In this document: positions 18,692 to 27,492 of the stretch, one piece after another
Position numbering within the stretch: position 1 is the first letter of the stretch
Layout of the letters: the number at the start of each line of letters is the position of its first letter
Origin: Promethearchaeota archaeon
GTDB taxonomy: Archaea > Asgardarchaeota > Lokiarchaeia > Sigyniarchaeales > SOKP01
Assembly (NCBI GenBank): GCA_011364975.1
Contig: RDOE01000044.1
Span: 1 to 28,481 of the forward strand
Reading direction: 5' to 3'
DNA length: 28,481 nt
Position numbers and translations under genes: made by a program
Notes under the pieces: model-generated
Databases searched by the model: none
Seen by the model: only the letters and a program-made list of their open reading frames with translations
Told to the model about the DNA's origin: nothing

Positions 18692-20599
18692 ATGTTGAAT
18701 AGAAGAAAGATTGAAAAGATTATCGATGCTGAAAAGATAGCTGCTGGTGAAGTAGTTGAAAGACCAGCTAATATTGTAAAAGAGTTAATTGAAAATAGTA
18801 TCGATGCTGAAGCAAAAGAAATACGAGTTATTATCAAAAAAGCGGGAAAAATTTTGATTCATGTTATTGATGATGGAATAGGAATCCCGCCCGAAGAAGT
18901 TGAAATTGCATTCCAAAGACATACGAGTAGCAAAATTAAAACGATAGAGGATCTAAATACTCTATCGACCTTAGGATTTAGAGGTGAAGCTTTAGCGAGT
19001 ATCGCTGCAGTAAGTCAAGTGGAACTTATTTCCAGAACAGCGGATAATGAGCTTGGAGTTTTCTTATCAATAAGTGGGGGAAAAATAATTGAAAAAAAAG
19101 AAATCTCTTGCTCTATTGGTACTCAAATAAAAGTAAAGAATATTTTTTATAATATTCCCGCGAGACTAAAGTTTCTCAAAAAGGATCTAACCGAGCTAGG
19201 TCATATTACAGATATTATTCAAAGATATGCGTTAGCATATCCAAACCTATACTTTATTTATGTTCACAATGATTTGACCATATTAAATTGTCCAGCCTTA
19301 AACGATTTAAAAACAACAGTATTCCATATTTATGGTAAAAAGGTTGCTAAATATATGGAACCTGTTAAGTATGAAGAAGATAATTTTACGATCGAAGGGT
19401 TATTAGGCCATAGTGAAATTTCAAGACAAAATCGGACCATTTCAAGCATATTTATTAATCAGAGATACGTGATTAGTGATCTAATATTTAGAGCGATCCA
19501 AGAGGCCTATAAAGGCGTATTAATGATAGGAAAAACTCCATTCTTTATATTAAATATTGAACTGGATCCTTCAAAGGTTGATTTTAATATTCATCCAAAA
19601 AAACTTCACATCAGGTTTGAAAATGAAACTTATGTTTTTAATAAAGTCTATAATGTTATAAGGGCTTTCGTTGAAGACCTGTTTATAAAAAAAGCCCCTG
19701 ATAATTATATCCCTGAGTTAAGTAGTCATTTCCAAAGAGCAGATTATTTGGAAAAGAATATGGAATCTGAAGATTTCAAAGAACTAATAGAGCCTGAAAT
19801 TATAAAGAATATTGAAAAGTATAAGTCAGAAAGCCCTTTCACAATCGAGGATAAAGAAAGCAATGGAGAGAACATTCAGGAAAGAACGATTCAGCTAGAT
19901 TTATTAGATCAAAAATCAAAGATAATGGAAAGAGATAACAACAACATCCCTGAGTCTGTCCTAAGGGAAAAATACATCACCGCGAAAAATTTTCCTAAAA
20001 TGAGGTTGATTTCTAAAACTGGTCAATTGAGTAATAAAACTTATATCATTCTTGAAGGTATTAATGAAAACGGTGAAGAAGGCATTTATGTCTTAGATCA
20101 ACACGCAGCTTCAGAACGAGTTAACAAAGAATTTTTTATTAGTTTATATAATCAATCAAAAAAACAGAAACAAAAACTTATTTCACCTCTTAAAATTGAT
20201 TTAACTCCAAGTGAGTCATTCTTTTTGCTAGCTAATATGAACGAAATTAAAAAATTAGGATTTTATTTTGATCATTTTGGAGGAAACACATTTATATTAC
20301 GAGAGATACCTACCATTATTGGAAGAGTTCCCCCAATAGATAATATTAAAGATATAATCTCCAATATAGCTGAAATTGGTAAAGATAATGATTTTGAACG
20401 CGTAAAAGAAGAAATTATAAATTATTTAGCTTGTCATAAAAGTATACGGGGAGGAGATGACTTATCATTAAATGATATTCGAAGACTAATTATAAATCTC
20501 GCTAATTGCCAAGATTCATTCCATTGTGCACATGGAAGACCCACGCTAAAATTTCTCTCTTATAAAGAAATTGATAAACTCTTTAAACGTATTATTTAG
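18692..20599 (+). CDS. mutL: DNA mismatch repair endonuclease MutL
   Basis: IAAGEVVERP, KELIENSIDA, DDGIG, RHTSSK, GFRGEALASI, DFNIHP.K. Endonuclease motifs DQHAASERVNKE, ACH and CAHGRP. Confidence 0.97.
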   Translation: MLNRRKIEKIIDAEKIAAGEVVERPANIVKELIENSIDAEAKEIRVIIKKAGKILIHVIDDGIGIPPEEVEIAFQRHTSSKIKTIEDLNTLSTLGFRGEALASIAAVSQVELISRTADNELGVFLSISGGKIIEKKEISCSIGTQIKVKNIFYNIPARLKFLKKDLTELGHITDIIQRYALAYPNLYFIYVHNDLTILNCPALNDLKTTVFHIYGKKVAKYMEPVKYEEDNFTIEGLLGHSEISRQNRTISSIFINQRYVISDLIFRAIQEAYKGVLMIGKTPFFILNIELDPSKVDFNIHPKKLHIRFENETYVFNKVYNVIRAFVEDLFIKKAPDNYIPELSSHFQRADYLEKNMESEDFKELIEPEIIKNIEKYKSESPFTIEDKESNGENIQERTIQLDLLDQKSKIMERDNNNIPESVLREKYITAKNFPKMRLISKTGQLSNKTYIILEGINENGEEGIYVLDQHAASERVNKEFFISLYNQSKKQKQKLISPLKIDLTPSESFFLLANMNEIKKLGFYFDHFGGNTFILREIPTIIGRVPPIDNIKDIISNIAEIGKDNDFERVKEEIINYLACHKSIRGGDDLSLNDIRRLIINLANCQDSFHCAHGRPTLKFLSYKEIDKLFKRII

Positions 20600-20721
20600 G
20601 TATTGATCCAACTGTTTAATGTTATTTTTTAGGATCTATCAACATAGAGTTGGAATTTTTTAAAAAAAAATTAAATACTTTTAATTAGATAATTTTGTTA
20701 AACACATAATATTAAAAACTG

Positions 20722-21207
20722 ATGAAAAAGAGTAAAATACCACATAAACTAAAGAAAGCAGAAGTTAATACAGAAGATCAAGAAGACCTGCTCAAAAATC
20801 CGAAAATCGAAATCCTATCAAAAATTAGTGATTTAAAAAATATTGCTAATAGCAGTTTATTAGAGACTGATTATGATAATGCAATCAAATATTCTGAAAA
20901 GATCATAAGATTAGCCATCAAACATAATATGAATAATCAAATTAAAGAACAACAAAATTTTATTACATTGATTGCTGAAAAAGTACAACGTGACTATTTT
21001 TTATCTGAAATAAACAAAACAGTGGTTAAAATTCATAAAATTTATAACATTTTAGCAGAATCTAATAATTTTACACAAGCGCATGATATATTAGAGACAT
21101 TCATAAATAATTATAAAGAAAAAATTAACATTGACCAATTACCCCAAATAAAAGCACTGATTGAAAAGGATAAAAAGGAATGGGTCAAATATCAAATAGA
21201 TAGCTAA
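20722..21207 (+). CDS. Hypothetical all-helical protein (possibly TPR-like)
   Basis: 161-aa ORF filling the gap between mutL and aEF-1beta. Segments DYDNAIKYSEKII and NFTQAHDIL look TPR-like. Confidence 0.6.
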   Translation: MKKSKIPHKLKKAEVNTEDQEDLLKNPKIEILSKISDLKNIANSSLLETDYDNAIKYSEKIIRLAIKHNMNNQIKEQQNFITLIAEKVQRDYFLSEINKTVVKIHKIYNILAESNNFTQAHDILETFINNYKEKINIDQLPQIKALIEKDKKEWVKYQIDS

Positions 21208-21283
21208 TATGCTATAAAAGTTATGATAATAAATTAAAAATAGAGATAATTAAAATAAAATCTAAGTCAAAAATTTAGGAAAT

Positions 21284-21559
21284 TTATGCCTTGGAGAAAG
21301 CAATACCTTCTATTCCCTGAATACCTTCAACTTCTCCAAATAAACTTTCCAATTTATCTGTTCCGCCCCATTGTTCAGGATACCTAACCCGTAATCTTAC
21401 TTTTTTCAAACCAAAAGCAACAGGCATAATATCAAAATGCTCAATAACGGCAGTATCCGGAAGGACTTTCTTTAATTTTAATACAAATTCTTCAAAATCA
21501 ACCTCTATGTCTTCTGGAATAACATCAATTAAAGCAACAAATTCTCCCATCATCATCAC
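21284..21559 (-). CDS. ef1b: Archaeal translation elongation factor 1-beta
   Basis: V.PEDIEVD, PVAFGLK, GGTD.LE....VEG. Likely start is the last ATG (21550). Confidence 0.92.
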   Translation of the reverse strand: MMMMGEFVALIDVIPEDIEVDFEEFVLKLKKVLPDTAVIEHFDIMPVAFGLKKVRLRVRYPEQWGGTDKLESLFGEVEGIQGIEGIAFSKA

Positions 21560-21585
21560 AATTCCAAATTTTATAACAATTTTTG

Positions 21586-21762
21586 CTATGGCCCTTCAAA
21601 TTCACACTTTAAGCATTTGTATGTATTACCCATTGTTCTACAGCGTTCACATCTCCAAATAGTCACATCTCCGCATTGGGGACAGGGAAAATGAACAGCA
21701 CCTTCATAAGGAGCAATGGGACGTCCACATGAAAAACACAGGTTTTTTTTAAAACTTGACAT
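21586..21762 (-). CDS. Small archaeal zinc-finger protein (HVO_2753/DUF1610, COG2888-like), not in the ORF track
   Basis: Hand translation: MSSFKKNLCFSCGRPIAPYEGAVHFPCPQCGDVTIWRCERCRTMGNTYKCLKCEFEGP* (58 aa, four CxxC, terminal FEGP). Directly upstream of aEF-1beta, the usual archaeal context. Confidence 0.93.
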   Translation of the reverse strand: MSSFKKNLCFSCGRPIAPYEGAVHFPCPQCGDVTIWRCERCRTMGNTYKCLKCEFEGP

Positions 21763-21997
21763 AGTTATTACTAAACCTATAAATACTAATATTTAGAAAA
21801 ATAATGATTAACTTTAATCTTTTTTGGTTTTAACGTCGAATTTTCTAAGATGAGATTTTGGTTATAGGTATTATTTTATAATTCCTTTTAAAGTTTGAAA
21901 TGAATTAATATTAAAATCGTTAAGATAATTAAGATTTAAATTAATTAACAACATAATGATCTTAAAACTTATTTTATTAATTTAAAGATCAATATTT

Positions 21998-22546
21998 TTG
22001 GAAAAAGATATGCCAGAAAATAAAGTAAAAAAATATTTCAATCTAATAGAATGCTGGGCTTGGTGCGATATCTGTTCAGATATGGTAAATATTAGGGTTG
22101 ATAAAAAGGAAATTGCAAATGGGTTAAAAATGGGGTTATATACTAAAGAACATAAACACATAAATCCTCACCCAGATCTTGAAGATACTGATGATGTATC
22201 GGGACAAGAACATACTGTTTATGTGTATATAAATGAAGATTTTGATGTGACTGGAGTCAAATCATTCTTTGGCGATGCTCCGAGCATTACTGAAGTAGGC
22301 GTTAAAACTATTGAAGAAGAGGGTGAGGTTAGAATCCCAATTGTTGTAAAGGAGATACAACCGATGAGTGTGCAATTAGGAATGCTCACTTTAGATGAGT
22401 TTAAGCTTTTAAAAGCATGTGATGGCATGAATTCTTTAGAGGAATGTGCCCAAATAGCTCAAAAGCCAGTTAATGATGTTGAAGATATGCTAGATAACCT
22501 AAGAGATAAAGGGTTAGTAAAGATCATTAAAAGAACGAACCAATAA
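21998..22546 (+). CDS. Hypothetical protein: N-terminal Cys/His (putative Zn) domain plus C-terminal winged helix
   Basis: CWAWCDIC...HKH...H in the N-terminal half. C-terminal LLKACDG..SLEECA......DV..MLD.LRDKGLVKII. Start is TTG 21998 or ATG 22010. Confidence 0.7.
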   Translation: MEKDMPENKVKKYFNLIECWAWCDICSDMVNIRVDKKEIANGLKMGLYTKEHKHINPHPDLEDTDDVSGQEHTVYVYINEDFDVTGVKSFFGDAPSITEVGVKTIEEEGEVRIPIVVKEIQPMSVQLGMLTLDEFKLLKACDGMNSLEECAQIAQKPVNDVEDMLDNLRDKGLVKIIKRTNQ

Positions 22547-22582
22547 TCTACCATTTAATAATTTTTGATTTACTTTGGTTTG

Positions 22583-23122
22583 CTAAATTAAGCCTTCATT
22601 TTCCATCATTTTTCGTGTTATAAATTCAAAGATTTCCTCCACATTTTCTCCTGTTTTAGAGGAACATTCAAAGTATCCGTTTAGATTATATTTTTCTGAT
22701 AATTTCATCACATCATCGGCCTCTATAGATCGTTTTTGTTCAAGGTCCTTCTTTCCCCCTATCATAACAATTGGGATGATAATTTGTTTTTCTTTAGTAC
22801 TTTTCTCAAAAATTGAAAGCCATTCATCAAGATTTCTTATGCTGGTATACCGGGTTATATCAAACATAAAAATACCCCCATCAGCACCCTTTGCAAAACT
22901 TGGCAAGAGAACTTTGAATCTTTCTTCTCCAGCAAAATCCCAAATACGCAATACTACCGTCTTACCATCAATTTCCAGTTCTTTTACGCTAAAATCTGCA
23001 CCAATTGTCATTTTCAAATCTTCTTTAAAGATTTTAGTTAAATATCTATGGACTAATGTAGTTTTTCCTACACCGCCATCTCCAAATATGCACAACTTAA
23101 ATGCTCCTTGACGATCCGGCAT
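22583..23122 (-). CDS. Rab-like small GTPase (Ras superfamily)
   Basis: G1 GDGGVGKT, G2 MTIG, G3 WDFAGE, G4 GKKD, G5 CSSK. RabF-like segments IGADF, LRIWD, ERF, FAKGA, FDIT. Confidence 0.93.
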   Translation of the reverse strand: MPDRQGAFKLCIFGDGGVGKTTLVHRYLTKIFKEDLKMTIGADFSVKELEIDGKTVVLRIWDFAGEERFKVLLPSFAKGADGGIFMFDITRYTSIRNLDEWLSIFEKSTKEKQIIIPIVMIGGKKDLEQKRSIEADDVMKLSEKYNLNGYFECSSKTGENVEEIFEFITRKMMENEGLI

Positions 23123-23341
23123 TTTAAACCATCCTTTTTATGTACTATTAGAAAATATTTACAATAAGGTAAACGATTATTAATTCTAACTTTTTTATAT
23201 CAAAAATATTAATTCTTGTATATTTATTTTTACTTTAGATTTAATAAATAAAAAAATATCTCGATATTGTATTTTAGTCTAAATTCGCTTCTTCTTTTAG
23301 GAAAACAATAAATAATTAAATAATTAAATAAAACTCACCTT

Positions 23342-24982
23342 ATGTCTGATCAAAAAATCTATTATAAGAACTGGCCAGAAGGTGTACCAAAAGAAGTAGA
23401 AATTCCCAACATTACTTTGGTCGATTCGTTAGAAAATTCTGCCAAGAAATATCCCGATAACCCAGTAACGTACTTTATGGGCTTCGAACTTACATATTCC
23501 CAATTATTAAATATTGCATATCGGACAGCCACAAAACTTCATGAATTAGGAATTAGACAAGGAGATTGTGTTGCTATTCACTACACTAATAATCCTGCTT
23601 TTATCGCCTACTTTTATGGAATCTTAAAGATAGGTGGTATTGTCACCTCAATTTCTCCATTATTCAAAAGTTTAGAAATTAAACGACAATTAAATGACAG
23701 TGAAGCTAAAGTATATATTGGTTGGGAGGGATTTTCTGGATTAGTTGATCCAATTATTGAAGAAACGGGAGTAAAACATAAATTTTATACTAATCTTGCA
23801 CCTTATTTATCTCCGAATCCGATGGCACCACCCGAATTTGAGATGGGAGGACCTCCTACATTTGAAGATATCCTCCGAACTACAGAAGCAAATCCCCCTA
23901 ATGTAAAAATAAACCCAGAAGATCTTGCTATGCTACAGTATACAGGGGGTACCACAGGATTCCCAAAAGGCGCAATGTTAACTCATAAAAATATTATTTC
24001 CAATTGTATTCAAATAGATGCATGGTTTGTAGGCACTGAAGAAGGCAACGAAGTAGTTCTTGGAGCTTTACCATTCTATCATATTTATCTTGTAACTGGT
24101 ATGAATATTGCTGTTTATAAGGGTTGGAAAATTGCCTGTGTATTTAATCCCAGAGAAGCACATGAGGTAATAGAAGTAATTGAAAGTACTAAAGCAACGA
24201 TCTTTCCCGGAATTGCAACATTATTTAACAATTTAAATAATTATGAGCATATAAAAGATCACGATCTCTCCAGCATTAAATATTGTTTAAGTGGTGCTGC
24301 TCCATTACCAGATGATGTTAGAGTAAAATTCGAACAAATAAGTGGTGCTAAAGTAAGAGAAGTATATGGTCTAACTGAAATGTCTCCGGGAGCAACAGGT
24401 AATCCCTTTACAGGATTAGTAAAACCAGGTACTGTTGGAATGCCTTTTCCGAGTACTGAAGTGAAAATATGTGACTCCGAAGGGAACATTCTTGATATAA
24501 ATGAAGTAGGAGAACTCGTTTTAAGAGGACCTCAGATGATGAAGGGTTATTATAAACGGGAAGAAGAAACAAAAAATACTATTCGAGATGGCTGGCTTTG
24601 GACAGGAGATCTTGCCATAATGGATAAAGATGGATATATCTCTATAAGAGATCGGCAGAAAAATTTAATAAAATATAAAGGGCATTCAGTTTATCCGGCA
24701 GAAGTTGAAGATTTATTATACAACAATGAAACCATTAAAGAATGTGGAGTGATTGGAATCTTAGATGAGGAAGGGAACGAAAACATTAAAGCATATATCG
24801 TTCTTAAAGATGAATTTAAAGGAAATGTTTCAGAACAAAACATTTTTGACTGGGCAAAAAAGAATATGGGATTTGAGAAATATCCTCGAGTTATTGAATT
24901 TATTGATGAGATTCCGAAAACAATGGTAGGAAAAGTATTCCATCTCGAATTGAAAAAATTAGAACAAGAAAAAAAAAAGTAA
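23342..24982 (+). CDS. Long-chain-fatty-acid--CoA ligase (AMP-binding, FadD-like)
   Basis: LQYTGGTTGFPKG, LPFYH, SGAAPL, YGLTE, GPQMMKGY, WTGD, PKTMVGK. Confidence 0.92.
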   Translation: MSDQKIYYKNWPEGVPKEVEIPNITLVDSLENSAKKYPDNPVTYFMGFELTYSQLLNIAYRTATKLHELGIRQGDCVAIHYTNNPAFIAYFYGILKIGGIVTSISPLFKSLEIKRQLNDSEAKVYIGWEGFSGLVDPIIEETGVKHKFYTNLAPYLSPNPMAPPEFEMGGPPTFEDILRTTEANPPNVKINPEDLAMLQYTGGTTGFPKGAMLTHKNIISNCIQIDAWFVGTEEGNEVVLGALPFYHIYLVTGMNIAVYKGWKIACVFNPREAHEVIEVIESTKATIFPGIATLFNNLNNYEHIKDHDLSSIKYCLSGAAPLPDDVRVKFEQISGAKVREVYGLTEMSPGATGNPFTGLVKPGTVGMPFPSTEVKICDSEGNILDINEVGELVLRGPQMMKGYYKREEETKNTIRDGWLWTGDLAIMDKDGYISIRDRQKNLIKYKGHSVYPAEVEDLLYNNETIKECGVIGILDEEGNENIKAYIVLKDEFKGNVSEQNIFDWAKKNMGFEKYPRVIEFIDEIPKTMVGKVFHLELKKLEQEKKK

Positions 24983-25110
24983 TTCAATTCCCTTATATTT
25001 CCTAAACTATTTTCTTCTATCTTATTAATTAATTAGGAGATATTGTATTTATCCTTATGATTAATTAACCATATTTATTTTAACTCAGTTTTTTATAGTA
25101 TTCTTGTATT

Positions 25111-25581
25111 ATGAAGGAAGCAATTTTTGGTGCAGGATGTTTTTGGGGGGTTGAATCAAAGTTTAGAACGGTGAAAGGAGTGATTGATACTGAAGTTGGA
25201 TATACAGGAGGAGCTACCGCAAATCCTACTTATAAAGACGTATGCACGGATAAAACAGGACATGCTGAAGTAGTTAAGGTTACTTATGATCCATCTATTG
25301 TATCCTATGAAGAACTTTTAGAATTTTTCTGGGATATACATAATCCTACCACACCTAATCGTCAAGGATGGGATGTTGGAACTCAATATAGATCTGCAGT
25401 ATTTTATCTTGATGAAGAACAACGATTAGCTGCTAAAAAGTTAAAAGACACAATAGATAAATCAGGAAAATATAAGAAGCCTATAGTTACTGAAATAGTT
25501 CATGCAAAGGAATTCTATAGAGCAGAAGAGTATCATCAAAGATACCATGAAAAAAATAAGAGATCATCTTGTACTTTCTAA
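25111..25581 (+). CDS. msrA: Peptide-methionine (S)-S-oxide reductase
   Basis: GAGCFWG, GYTGG, TGHAEVV, RQG.D.GTQYRS, AEEYHQ.Y, and a C-terminal Cys. Confidence 0.97.
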   Translation: MKEAIFGAGCFWGVESKFRTVKGVIDTEVGYTGGATANPTYKDVCTDKTGHAEVVKVTYDPSIVSYEELLEFFWDIHNPTTPNRQGWDVGTQYRSAVFYLDEEQRLAAKKLKDTIDKSGKYKKPIVTEIVHAKEFYRAEEYHQRYHEKNKRSSCTF

Positions 25582-25589
25582 AAATTTCA

Positions 25590-25859
25590 TTATTTTAAGC
25601 TTTGAAGCTTCAAAACTAATTTTTCTCTGTGTCGTTCCCAGACTTTATCTACTGTTTTTCTTATTATTAGTTTTGTGATTTTTTTAACTACAAAGCGATT
25701 CATGCGAGGACCAAGTTTACTATACACCTTTTCGGCGATTAAAGTTTTGAAAAGTTCCTCTAATGACCCTCCTTTAGAAACTTTATCTATAAATAAGGCA
25801 AACGCCTTTTCCACTTTATCATCTATTTTTTTCCTTAATTCTGGAGCAAGTTCATCCAT
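25590..25859 (-). CDS. Small basic hypothetical protein
   Basis: 89-aa ATG ORF with amphipathic helical pattern, filling the gap and converging on msrA. Confidence 0.6.
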   Translation of the reverse strand: MDELAPELRKKIDDKVEKAFALFIDKVSKGGSLEELFKTLIAEKVYSKLGPRMNRFVVKKITKLIIRKTVDKVWERHREKLVLKLQSLK

Positions 25860-25995
25860 AGGATTCCCCTATAAATTTATTTGTTCACCTAATTAACTAT
25901 ATTTATTATGATATCAAAGAACTAGTATAAAAAATTAGGTAAATCATAACCACTTAATAACTACCCTTAATTTATGAAATAACTTACATTATCCT

Positions 25996-27183
25996 ATGCT
26001 TAATCATCGATTGATAAATCCTCCTCGGGAGCCGAAAAAATTTGTAGAAAAAGCAGTAGTATTTTTACATAAACATGCCAAAGGTAAAAAAGTATTTTGC
26101 GCACTCTCGGGAGGAATTGATAGTGCTACAACGTACTTGTTGTTAAAAGAGGCAAATATCGATATGATTCCGGTGTTTATCGATCATGGTCTTATGCGAA
26201 TTATTAGAGGGATAGAAGAACGAGAATATATTAGGAAACTATTTCCTGATATCAAAATCATCGACATTAGAGATTCGTTTCTCCCTCAGATTTTTGGAGA
26301 GGATGATGCCGAGGTTAAGCGAAAATTATTCAAAGATGCGTACTCAGATACCATAAGTAAGGTAATAGAAGAAGAACGTTGTAATTTATTGGCCGATGGT
26401 ACTATTTTACCTGATATTGAAGAGAGCTTCGGAGTTAAAATATCAGATTTAAGGGAGACCATGTCTATAGAAGAGGAGCTTGAATTAAAAGAACGAAATT
26501 TTCGCGGTTTTGTAAAAAGTCAACATAACTTAGAAATAGAGTATGATGTTGAGGCTACAATACAACCTGTTGCAAGTCTTACTAAAGCAGAGGTAAGAAA
26601 GATGTTAGAATTTTTCAAAATGCCATCAGAATTGGTTTATCGGAAAGCCTTTCCAGGTCCAGCTCTTTCGGCACGAATAATCGGTTCCGTTACGTCAGAT
26701 AACTTAAAATTTGAAAAGAAGGTTCATGATATTGTTGAATCAACCATTGATGATTATTATTTGGAAAATTACGGGAAAACTATGATTATTAACGATAAAG
26801 GAGAACAAGAACCATTTCAAGCATTTGCCGCAATAACAACTGATGTTCTTTTAAGGAGGGTAACCGGAATAATTGACGGGAAAAGGACTTATGAAGTTCC
26901 CTTATCTGTTAAAGGAGAATGGGATTTCGAAAAACTGACTAGATTTGCATCTCAAATACAAGGATATTCAAGAGTATTATATGAACTTCATGAAAGTCAT
27001 AAAGGTATTTATGACGTGATAATTAGATCCATCAATAGCGTGGATGCCCGAACTGCGAGCGTGACCAACTTAACTATTGAATTAATTGAAGATTTGAAAT
27101 ATAAACTACTTGAAATCCCTGATACGAAAAATATTTACTGGGATATCACACCTAAACCCCCAGCTACTATAGAATATGTATGA
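25996..27183 (+). CDS. guaAB: GMP synthase ATP-pyrophosphatase subunit B (no glutaminase domain), extended form
   Basis: PP-loop ALSGGIDS, FIDHGLMR, E.KRK, GTILPD..ES, KSQHN, L.K.EVR, FPGPALS.R, DITPKPPATIEY. Confidence 0.88.
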   Translation: MLNHRLINPPREPKKFVEKAVVFLHKHAKGKKVFCALSGGIDSATTYLLLKEANIDMIPVFIDHGLMRIIRGIEEREYIRKLFPDIKIIDIRDSFLPQIFGEDDAEVKRKLFKDAYSDTISKVIEEERCNLLADGTILPDIEESFGVKISDLRETMSIEEELELKERNFRGFVKSQHNLEIEYDVEATIQPVASLTKAEVRKMLEFFKMPSELVYRKAFPGPALSARIIGSVTSDNLKFEKKVHDIVESTIDDYYLENYGKTMIINDKGEQEPFQAFAAITTDVLLRRVTGIIDGKRTYEVPLSVKGEWDFEKLTRFASQIQGYSRVLYELHESHKGIYDVIIRSINSVDARTASVTNLTIELIEDLKYKLLEIPDTKNIYWDITPKPPATIEYV

Positions 27184-27492
27184 ATTTTAAGATTTATAAA
27201 TATCAGAACAATTATATATTAGAAATTGAGTTATTAGAAGTACTATTGTAAAAAAGATTAGGACGTTTTTTCCCATTTTTCTTTTTTGAACCTTTGTTTA
27301 AATTAAATGCCATATTTAGTTTGGAAAAAGTACAATAGATTAAGCTCTAATCAATAAGAATGGTTTATATTATTATTATTAGGCATATAAATATTTCCAT
27401 AAATGTATAAATCCCATTATGGCTCTTTCATTTGTTATAAAAGTTAAAAGAAACAAATTTTAATTTAAAACCTACCCTTTATTAATTAATTT

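Noticed and set aside
27184-27492. 309-nt intergenic gap as a possible small gene or ncRNA
   Set aside because: Very AT-rich, only trivial ORFs found, and no GC-rich stem or tRNA-like fold seen.
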